DNA of 64,000 nucleotides from Octopus sinensis (Eukaryota), in contig NC_043012.1 of the NCBI RefSeq assembly GCF_006345805.1, positions 13,268,001-13,332,000 of the forward strand, given 5' to 3'. The position numbers were made by a program, and so were the translations under genes. Below are positions 51,451 through 61,510 of this stretch, piece by piece (the stretch's first letter is position 1; each line of letters starts with the position of its first letter). The notes beneath the pieces are model-generated. The model had not been told where the DNA came from and ran no database searches. It worked only from the letters and a program-made list of their open reading frames with translations.

Positions 51451-52241
51451 CTCCCCAGACATAACAGAATATGCTTCAACACACGAACTCACATAAAGAG
51501 TCTTGCAAACCAAATCGAAAAATAAATATACGTCAAATTTAGCCCAAAAAATTTACGTCAAATTTAGCCCAAATTTGAACTGTTGAAAAAAGTAAAAACA
51601 AGTAGTAAAAAAATCAAACAACGATGGTGATAATGAAAAAATATCATCTGTTGAAATATGTGATATATAAAAAGAAAAAAAATCTTTCTATATCTTAATA
51701 TACAAATGTAAGAATTCTCTCTTTTGTTTATATATACAATTATACATCTTAAACTTCTAACAATGTATGTATATGTTTATACATTCTTATGTTCATGTAG
51801 ATGTATGTATATGTGCAGACACATTTGTATGTTTATATGCATGTTGGTATATGTGATCGTATATATGTATGTGTATGGTATATGTGATCGTATGCATGTA
51901 TGTGTATTTGCATGCATGTACTTGTGGGTATATATGTGGGTGTATATGTGTATGTGCATGTATGTATATATGTGTGTGTATATGTGTATATATATGTGTA
52001 TATGTATGTGTGTGTATGTATATATATAGATATGTATTTATGTATGTATATCTATATCAAACATTGAATGCTAAAACCCACAGAGAGTGCCAAGATAAAA
52101 GTGGACACAAAATTTTCTTTATTTTTATATTTTAGATTTTCTTTTATTTTTTCCCTTCCTTTCTTTCTTATATTCAGGGACATACAGTGCATGTATGTTT
52201 GAATGTTTATGAAAACAAGCACACATACAATAAGTTCCTCC

Positions 52242-52304
<63 letters not shown>

Positions 52305-52698
52305 TATATATAGATATATAGATATATATATATATATAAATGTGCGTGTGTGTATTTGTATGTAAGGGTATATGTGTGTGTGTGTACATAGCAACACTCC
52401 TACCATTGAAAAACAAACCCTCTTTTTCCTTCTCTCTTTCCATTTCTTACAAAGGTCATCTCAAAAGTACAAAAGGACACAAAAGGAAAGAAACGAAAAA
52501 GAGAAAAAAATGTTTTTAAAAACGCACCCTTATTCTCTTTCATTCAGCTTCTCCATCCCTCTATTTCCCTATCGCTCCCCCTCTCTCTGTCTCTTTCACC
52601 TTCTCTCTCCCTATATTTCTCATTATATACACACACACTCTCTCTCTCTCTCCCCACTTCATTCACCCATAATATAAACACAGGCATATATATATATG

Positions 52699-52779
<81 letters not shown>

Positions 52780-52786
<7 letters not shown>

Positions 52787-53861
52787 ATAATAAATATTAG
52801 GGAATAAATCCAAACTTACAGGGGAAAATCAGATTTAGGATTGAATCCAATTTTATAGTAAAATATTATATTATATTAAATTAGAGACAAAACCACTATT
52901 AGGCAAATCAAACAATGAAAGACTTAAGCCAATACATAAATTTAGTTCATTGTTTAAAACTCGCCAAGAAAAGTACGTATCTTTTAAGATCTTCAAATTG
53001 TTAATTTTTAATATTGTATAAGCCTTAGGAGTAATAATATTCTCCTTATGTAAATATTGTTGTTTATGTAATGATCTAATTATCGTAATTTTCTATGTTA
53101 TTAGATATTAAATAATTTAGATAAAGTTTGATAAAATTAGATATGTTTCGACTAAAGATGGTCTAGGCCATGTCTAATTTAATAGGATAATTTATATTAG
53201 ATAATTATTCCCATTCATAATTATGTTTATAGTACTTATAGTATTTATTTAATACTATATTACTAAGAATGGAATATTTCTATAAGTATTTTACATAAGA
53301 TTTCTAAAGTCAGTTTAAGTTAGATTATTTGTATTTTGAAATTAGCTATTTCATCTTTAAATATGAAAAATTAAATATATTAGGTTTTCATTATATACAA
53401 TTGTTTATAGAGATTATTTTAGATCTTGATTATAAGATTTATATATATTTTCATTGATAATTTATATATATTAGTCATTTTAAATATCTATGTAATTAGA
53501 TATAGACAAATATTGATATTAGAATATGGGTTTTCTACCTTATAAATTAAAGTTAATATTTAACATTATAGTCGATCTCGATATAATCATATTTAATAAT
53601 AGAGTTTATTATAAGTAAATTATTATTTTAGATTATATATATTATTTATATCTTAAAAATATTGATTATATTTTAGATTTTGAAACCACCTGATGAATGT
53701 CTGCGACTCAAAAATTTGATGACAGAAGACAGGAAACGATCGTAGTGGATATTAATTATATTTTTTAATAATTGTTACACATTTAAATAATATAAATTAA
53801 TTTATGTATTGGCTTAAGTCTTTCATTGTTTGATTTGCCTAATAGTGGTTTTGTCTCTAAT

Positions 53862-53870
<9 letters not shown>
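52780..53870 (+). mobile_element. Penelope-like element remnant with inverted terminal segment
   Basis: ~52870-52950 is repeated inverted at 53800-53870, and 52780-52950 again at 59230-59400. Very AT-rich interior with a hammerhead motif near the right end. The PLE call rests on this architecture, not on a recognisable ORF. Confidence 0.55.
53686..53748 (+). ncRNA. Type I hammerhead ribozyme motif (PLE-type, palindromic helix III)
   Basis: ccac-CTGATGA-a-tgtct...agaca-g-GAAA-cgatcg-TA-gtgg. Helix I is 4 bp, helix II is extended with an A.G mismatch at its base, helix III is the palindrome ACGATCGT, and the cleavage triplet is GUA. Confidence 0.7.
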
Positions 53871-53903
<33 letters not shown>

Positions 53904-54125
53904 TCAATATAGGGTGGCAAAAGAAAATTTTGTAGAATTTTTTTGCCACCAGCGGCCTAGTGGGAAAAAATTAAATAGTCATAGACCATTTATAAGTTCA
54001 ACATCACAATCAAGGAACGGCCATAATAGGCCATTCACCCACTAGAAATAACAGCCAAAGCTTCAACCGCAAAATAACATTAATTCCGTAAACCAGGAGA
54101 AAATTAAAAAAACATTTACCCTGTA

Positions 54126-54232
54126 ATTTCTTATACGATGCACCGTTTCATCTATTGTTTAATGGTAAACTAACCTGATTAAATTAAATCAAGCCAATCT
54201 TCCATAGGCCCTTAGATTCGTCAGTAAGAAAT
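54126..54232 (-). ncRNA. Type I hammerhead ribozyme, array copy 1
   Basis: Reverse complement of the fold described for 55277-55383. Confidence 0.85.
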
Positions 54233-54615
54233 AGCCAGATCGGAACAGATATTTTCACGAGGCACTTCTGTCCCTGCCTCGGCAATATCTGACCTAAAAT
54301 TTTCAAATCATCGCACTCGCGCCAAATTTATCGGCAGCAAATAAATATAAGCCGCCGATTCCATTACGGAATCAACCAGAAAATTCATAATTAATCAATA
54401 TCGGGTGGCAAAAAAAATTTTGTAGAATTTTTTTGCCACCAGCGGCCTAGTGGGAAAAAATTAAATAGTCATAGACCATTTATAAGTTCAACATCACAAT
54501 CAAGGAACGGCCATAATAGGCCATTCACCCACTAGAAATAACAGCCAAAGCTTCAACTGCAAAATAACATTAATTCCGTAAACCAGGAGAAAATTAAAAA
54601 AACATTTACCCTGTA

Positions 54616-54722
54616 ATTTCTTATACGATGCACCGTTTCATCTATTGTTTAATGGTAAACTAACCTGATTAAAGTAAATCAAGCCAATCTTCCATAGGCC
54701 CTTAGATTCGTCAGTAAGAAAT
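54616..54722 (-). ncRNA. Type I hammerhead ribozyme, array copy 2
   Basis: Core and helices I-III intact; one substitution in the distal helix II loop. Confidence 0.85.
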
Positions 54723-55276
54723 AGCCAGATCGGAACAGATATTTTCACGAGGCACTTCTGTCCCTGCCTCGGCAATATCTGACCTAAAATTTTCAAATCA
54801 TCGCACTCGCGCCAAATTTATCGGCAGCAAATAAATATAAGCCGCCGATTCCATTACGAATCAACCAGAAAATTCATAATTAATCAATATATGGTGGCAA
54901 AAAAAATTTTGTAGAATTTTTTTGCCACCAGCGGCCTAGTGGGAAAAAATTAAATAGTCATATACCATTTATAAGTTCAACATCACAATCAATTATGGCC
55001 GCTCCTTGATTGTGATGTTGAACTTATAAATGGTCTATGACTATTTAATTTTTTCCCACTAGGCCGCTGGTGGCAAAAAAATTCTACAAAATTTTTTTTG
55101 CCACCCTATATTGATTAATTATGAATTTTCTGGTTGATTCCGTAATGGAATCGGCGGCTTATATTTATTTGCTGCCGATAAATTTGGCGCGAGTGCGATG
55201 ATTTGAAAATTTTAGGTCAGATATTGCCGAGGCAGGGACAGAAGTGCCTCGTGAAAATATCTGTTCCGATCTGGCT

Positions 55277-55383
55277 ATTTCTTACTGACGAATCTAAGGG
55301 CCTATGGAAGATTGGCTTGATTTAATTTAATCAGGTTAGTTTACCATTAAACAATAGATGAAACGGTGCATCGTATAAGAAAT
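55277..55383 (+). ncRNA. Type I hammerhead ribozyme, array copy 3
   Basis: Helix I atttctta(55277-84)/taagaaat(55376-83), 8 bp perfect. CTGACGA 55285-91. Helix II atcta/tagat closing a 58-nt hairpin insert. GAAA 55360-63. Helix III cggtgcatcg. U16.1-A17 at 55374-75 (GUA site). Confidence 0.88.
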
Positions 55384-55766
55384 TACAGGGTAAATGTTTT
55401 TTTAATTTTCTCCTGGTTTACGGAATTAATGTTATTTTGCGGTTGAAGCTTTGGCTGTTATTTCTAGTGGGTGAATGGCCTATTATGGCCGTTCCTTGAT
55501 TGTGATGTTGAACTTATAAATGGTCTATGACTATTTAATTTTTTCCCACTAGGCCGCTGGTGGCAAAAAAATTCTACAAAATTTTTTTTGCCACCCTATA
55601 TTGATTAATTATGAATTTTCTGGTTGATTCCGTAATGGAATCGGCGGCTTATATTTATTTGCTGCCGATAAATTTGGCGCGAGTGCGATGATTTGAAAAT
55701 TTTAGGTCAGATATTGCCGAGGCAGGGACAGAAGTGCCTCGTGAAAATATCTGTTCCGATCTGGCT

Positions 55767-55873
55767 ATTTCTTACTGACGAATCTAAGGGCCTATGGAAG
55801 ATTGGCTTGATTTAATTTAATCAGGTTAGTTTACCATTAAACAATAGATGAAACGGTGCATCGTATAAGAAAT
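55767..55873 (+). ncRNA. Type I hammerhead ribozyme, array copy 4
   Basis: Same as copy 3, +490 bp. Confidence 0.85.
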
Positions 55874-56256
55874 TACAGGGTAAATGTTTTTTTAATTTTC
55901 TCCTGGTTTACGGAATTAATGTTATTTTGCGGTTGAAGCTTTGGCTGTTATTTCTAGTGGGTGAATGGCCTATTATGGCCGTTCCTTGATTGTGATGTTG
56001 AACTTATAAATGGTCTATGACTATTTAATTTTTTCCCACTAGGCCGCTGGTGGCAAAAAAATTCTACAAAATTTTTTTTGCCACCCTATATTGATTAATT
56101 ATGAATTTTCTGGTTGATTCCGTAATGGAATCGGCGGCTTATATTTATTTGCTGCCGATAAATTTGGCGCGAGTGCGATGATTTGAAAATTTTAGGTCAG
56201 ATATTGCCGAGGCAGGGACAGAAGTGCCTCGTGAAAATATCTGTTCCGATCTGGCT

Positions 56257-56363
56257 ATTTCTTACTGACGAATCTAAGGGCCTATGGAAGATTGGCTTGA
56301 TTTAATTTAATCAGGTTAGTTTACCATTAAACAATAGATGAAACGGTGCATCGTATAAGAAAT
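56257..56363 (+). ncRNA. Type I hammerhead ribozyme, array copy 5
   Basis: Same as copy 3. Confidence 0.85.
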
Positions 56364-56744
56364 TACAGGGTAAATGTTTTTTTAATTTTCTCCTGGTTTA
56401 CGGAATTAATGTTATTTTGCGGTTGAAGCTTTGGCTGTTATTTCTAGTGGGTGAATGGCCTATTATGGCCGTTCCTTGATTGTGATGTTGAACTTATAAA
56501 TGGTCTATGACTATTTAATTTTTTCCCACTAGGCGCTGGTGGCAAAAAAATTCTACAAAATTTTTTTTGCCACCCTATATTGATTAATTATGAATTTTCT
56601 GGTTGATTCCGTAATGGAATCGGCGGCTTATATTTATTTGCTGCCGATAAATTGGCGCGAGTGCGATGATTTGAAAATTTTAGGTCAGATATTGCCGAGG
56701 CAGGGACAGAAGTGCCTCGTGAAAATATCTGTTCCGATCTGGCT

Positions 56745-56851
56745 ATTTCTTACTGACGAATCTAAGGGCCTATGGAAGATTGGCTTGATTTAATTTAATC
56801 TGGTTAGTTTACCATTAAACAATAGATGAAACGGTGCATCGTATAAGAAAT
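56745..56851 (+). ncRNA. Type I hammerhead ribozyme, array copy 6
   Basis: Core intact; one substitution in the distal helix II insert. Confidence 0.85.
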
Positions 56852-57234
56852 TACAGGGTAAATGTTTTTTTAATTTTCTCCAGGTTTACGGAATTAATGT
56901 TATTTTGCAGTTGAAGCTTTGGCTGTTATTTCTAGTGGGTGAATGGCCTATTATGGCCGTTCCTTGATTGTGATGTTGAACTTATAAATGGTCTATGACT
57001 ATTTAATTTTTTCCCACTAGGCCGCTGGTGGCAAAAAAATTCTACAAAATTTTTTTTGCCACCCTATATTGATTAATTATGAATTTTCTGGTTGATTCCG
57101 TAATGGAATCGGCGGCTTATATTTATTTGCTGCCGATAAATTTGGCGCGAGTGCGATGATTTGAAAATTTTAGGTCAGATATTGCCGAGGCAGGGACAGA
57201 AGTGCCTCGTGAAAATATCTGTTCCGATCTGGCT

Positions 57235-57340
57235 ATTTCTTACTGACGAATCTAAGGGCCTATGGAAGATTGGCTTGATTTAATTAATCAGGTTAGTTTA
57301 CCATTAAACAATAGATGAAACGGTGCATCGTATAAGAAAT
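57235..57340 (+). ncRNA. Type I hammerhead ribozyme, array copy 7
   Basis: Core intact; 1-nt deletion in the distal loop. Confidence 0.85.
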
Positions 57341-57723
57341 TACAGGGTAAATGTTTTTTTAATTTTCTCCTGGTTTACGGAATTAATGTTATTTTGCGGT
57401 TGAAGCTTTGGCTGCTATTTCTAGTGGGTGAATGGCCTATTATGGCCGTTCCTTGATTGTGATGTTGAACTTATAAATGGTCTATGACTATTTAATTTTT
57501 TCCCACTAGGCCGCTGGTGGCAAAAAAATTCTACAAAATTTTTTTTGCCACCCTATATTGATTAATTATGAATTTTCTGGTTGATTCCGTAATGGAATCG
57601 GCGGCTTATATTTATTTGCTGCCGATAAATTTGGCGCGAGTGCGATGATTTGAAAATTTTAGGTCAGATATTGCCGAGGCAGGGACAGAAGTGCCTCGTG
57701 AAAATATCTGTTCCGATCTGGCT

Positions 57724-57830
57724 ATTTCTTACTGACGAATCTAAGGGCCTATGGAAGATTGGCTTGATTTAATTTAATCAGGTTAGTTTACCATTAAACA
57801 ATAGATGAAACGGTGCATCGTATAAGAAAT
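57724..57830 (+). ncRNA. Type I hammerhead ribozyme, array copy 8
   Basis: Same as copy 3. Confidence 0.85.
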
Positions 57831-57954
57831 TACAGGGTAAATGTTTTTTTAATTTTCTCCTGGTTTACGGAATTAATGTTATTTTGCGGTTGAAGCTTTG
57901 GCTGCTATTTCTAGTGGGTGAGTGGCCTATTATGGCCGTTCCTTGATTGTGATG

Positions 57955-58016
<62 letters not shown>

Positions 58017-58149
58017 TATATATATATTATATATATATATATATGTATATATATAGGGGAGAAAGAGAACGGGTGTGAAATAAAGAGTGTGAGGAAAAAT
58101 AAAATAATAGTCCTATAAAATTTAAAAGTTTAATTTTTTAAATCGAAAA

Positions 58150-58560
58150 CCGTCAGCTAAATTGTGAGTAGCAGATGGCAATGTCCTAAAAACTACCACC
58201 CTCAGCTTACAGAACGGCCTCAAGTCGGCTTCGGAATTTCGCAGACAGTGCGACAGGTATCCTTCTCAAATACGCCCTACACATTATAATGCGTGTGATA
58301 CAATCGGGGAAATAGGATGTCCAGAAATTTAGGCCGGTGAAGTCGTAGAGATTCCCGGACACATGATTTTTTCTGGAGGTCTATTAAAGAGCCGAATCCT
58401 CGTGTCACACATATGGGCTTTCAATAGCCACCATCTCACCAGTAACAGTTTTGCTATAGACATCAGCAGCTTCATGTAGCCGTCGACTGAAAGCACACAC
58501 AAAGGCGATCAAAATTTGCGAAACTTAATTTTCATGATGACTAAGTCACGTCTTATAAAC
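58150..58560 (-). mobile_element. maT-type transposase remnant
   Basis: Minus strand VAIESPYV*HEDSA...NLYDFTGLNFWTSYFPDC...KFRSRLEAVL*AEGG (cf. PYVWQQDSAP...WPPNSPDC...RFRSRLEAVVEAEG). Confidence 0.65.
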
Positions 58561-58589
58561 TTTGAATTGGTCACGAAGCATTAAGCAGC

Positions 58590-59195
58590 GGACATAATGT
58601 CAGCATTTTGATAGCCGGCGCTAATACTTAACATACCGTTCAAACTTTTCCAATATTTAAATGTTATGAATTCCATCATATCTGCTAATATCTTCTAATA
58701 TCTTTCTATGCTGTTGAACTCTTCATCAATACATCTAACTCTTTCTGAAAAGAGAAAGGAGGGGGTTATAACATGTGAAATGTAGCCCAAACACACTTTA
58801 CTTTTCTATTTATTTTCAATTCTTACATCAGCCGACTTAGAATGCATATGGCCCATTTTGATTTAAAACCAATGAGCATCACCTGCTGACTTATTTTCAA
58901 AGACTTTACTGCAGAATTACAATAAGTAATCAGTTAAAATATCACCCACTAATTCTAGGACGAGTTCTATGCATTTCCTTTCTGGTTGTCTGCACTACAG
59001 TTACTTGGAAGCCTACATAAGAATAAGCCTTCTAGTGTTTCTGTTTCGAAATGCATCAAAATTGTTATATGTAACAATAATTAAACCTGGTGTACTTTCA
59101 ATGATACACACTTTATTTTACTATTTTCGCTAACGATTCCATTTTATTCTTCCTTTTAAACCAAGGCGCTTCAAAAGACATATGCAAATTATAGC
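58590..59195 (-). repeat. Inverted, more decayed copy of 50835-51450
   Basis: The same splice-like signals are retained, but the 112-nt exon-like stretch has a stop and a deletion here. Confidence 0.8.
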
Positions 59196-59229
59196 ATAGA
59201 TGTATACAAATTTTTATATAAATTTTAAT

Positions 59230-59400
59230 TTATATAAATTATTTTATGTATTGACTTAAGTCTCTCTTTGTTTGATTTACATAATAGTGGTTTTGTCTCT
59301 AATATAATATAATATAATATTTTACTATAAAATTGGATTCAATCCTAAATCTGATTTTTCCCTGTAAATTTGGATTTATTCCCTAATATTTATTATTATT
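59230..59400 (-). repeat. Inverted copy of the 52780-52950 PLE-like terminal segment
   Basis: ttggattcaatcctaaatctgattttt.ccctgtaa.tttggatttattccctaatatttattatt is the reverse complement of ~52785-52850. Confidence 0.85.
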
Positions 59401-59409
59401 ATATATATA

Positions 59410-59459
<50 letters not shown>

Positions 59460-59889
59460 TTATATATGTATATATATCAGGTTAACTCTGGTGTCCTCCC
59501 ACTTAAGTTTCTCATTACACATTAACAAAACAAGGAAACAATGATACATGTCAATGATACAAGCAATGAATCATGCTTTGTTTGCAATAGATATGATGGA
59601 AAATAGATCAGTAGTAACATTCTAAATTTCCATGAATTTATTTAAGAACAGATTTAGAGTTGCATTCCACGAGCTTTTTAGTCATTTTTAGGAGAGGCAG
59701 CCACAATTGCCCTATATCATTGTAAGTTTCCTATAGCATTAATATATATCTTATAATGTGACATGCACACATTTCTTATTCTAGATGGAAGGAGAATGTT
59801 TGGACAGCATTTGAACATCCCTATTACTGATTGTCACATCTGACATGTTTCCAGAATGCAATCGGGACATGAAAACAATTTGGAAGTCC

Positions 59890-60518
59890 GATACACAGTA
59901 AGAGTTTGTTTGTTTTTTTAACTTGGCGAACACTTTACAGAAACACATGGAGCGCTCCAGACCGCTTATGTATTAACTTTCATGAACCGAGAAACTGTTT
60001 TTCGCTGGCACAAGAGGTCATGAAAAGCAGGTCCACCAGGAATCTTATGATGGATCACTTCTTTGGCAGTAAAGGAATCATCTACATCCACTGGATTCCG
60101 TCTAGCCAAGCAACCAACAAGGAATTTCTTTTGGGATTTGAGGAAGTTCAGGGAGATATTTCATCGAAACAGTCCACAGAAACTGCACCAGAACAATGCG
60201 CCAGTACAAAATTCCGTTTGGTAACCAACTACTTAACTGAGATGAGCAGGAAAATACTCCCTTCCTATCGCTCTACACCATTTGGTCCCTATGATGTCAG
60301 GATGTTCGCCAGACTCACGGTGAAGATGACAGAGACTGTTTCAAGGATCCTGGATAGCTTCAATTTGGAGGACTTTCAGGACGTAGCTGGAACGCTGCAA
60401 CTATTGCAATGACGTCAGTGAAGCCTACTTTCAAGAGCATTGGAGTATTTAAACACTTTGAAATTAATAAAAGCCTGTCCTGAAAAAGGAATGTCTAGAC
60501 TTCTGGAATGCACCTTGT
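59890..60518 (+). mobile_element. Mariner transposase remnant with 3' TIR
   Basis: FFGSKGIIYIHWIPSSQATNKEF and LVTNYLTEM. Ends in the TIR-like tctagacttctggaatgcaccttgta. Confidence 0.75.
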
Positions 60519-61279
60519 ACCCTCTGTTTTGAACATTATCAGTAAGGTGTCCTTATTCTCACCAGGATATCAGGTTACAACAAGGAATATAGGGAAAAAA
60601 AACGATTCAAGTGTTAAAGATTCAATATAGAGTAAAAGCTACAACGTGATTATTAACAATACATTCTGCTAACACTGGGGCAGGGATAGCCTTAGCAAAT
60701 AGTCCATATGGGGATTGAACCATATATATACATATCATAGCTGATTCATTTTCTCTTTTCGTTTCAGGGATTTTAACGCACAAATATCATTGGTATAAAA
60801 TTTAAGCAAATCAATGTGTGAATTAATGAAACCGTTTTTATTTTTCAGGTGTTATTTGGATGATGTGAAAAATTCGAAACAATTGTTGCCTGCATGTATG
60901 TGTACATATGCATTATATATACTCTTTTTACCTATGATATAAATCTCTGATATTCTTGATTTGATATTCTTTATTTTTACAAAAACGAAAATGTATGAAA
61001 TATCAAAAGAGAAATTGTCGAAGTGTGTATATTTGAAGATGCACTTACAGTGTCTTTAAAATCATTGAGGCTTTCCAAAAATAATGGCAAAAATAAATCC
61101 TGCGTGTAAAGAAAAACTCGCAGAGGGATGGTAGAATAGCGAAACTTATATCTAAAAGCTTCGAGGTACGGCTCCAAACTTCACAGCAGATATAAAGCAC
61201 CACATCACAAACCTATATACAAACAAAACCTTTCGTCATATTCTCCCTAGAGCTAGTTACTTTGAGAGAGCTACAATTA

Positions 61280-61510
61280 CTAAACATCTTTTCTCACTCC
61301 CCTAGCAAAACTAATAGACAATAAAAAGTGTGTCTAGACGATTACAAGTGGCCGATGACGCGCGTAATAACCAAATCTCTGAAAAATCATTACTAGCGCA
61401 TTTACCTTTACGCGGTGTATTTATGGATGGAAACATGAAGGCATTCAATCCTGAATGCTTTGCTCCTGCCGTGAAATAGGGAGGCAAATCTACGATGATT
61501 TGATTATTTA
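61280..61510 (+). mobile_element. Tc1 transposase remnant
   Basis: EAFNPECFAPAVK*GGKSTMI* (cf. TVKHGGGSVMVWG) and TIR-like cactcccctagcaaaactaatagaca. Confidence 0.5.

Larger units (their letters stand above)
53897..57954. repeat. Tandem array of ~490-bp hammerhead-containing monomers: ~2.2 copies in one orientation, ~6 inverted; retrozyme-like
   Basis: Monomer periods read as 488-491 bp, near-identical, with the inversion junction at 54992/54993 and (TA)n on both flanks. Confidence 0.95.

Noticed and set aside
56590-56793. 67-aa ORF inside the 490-bp array
   Set aside because: Reaches this length in only one monomer because of a 1-nt deletion; the monomer's conserved feature is RNA structure.
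60740-60900. Two short acceptor/donor-bounded stretches resembling micro-exons
   Set aside because: Such motifs are frequent in AT-rich DNA; no linked gene or coding signal can be shown from sequence alone.
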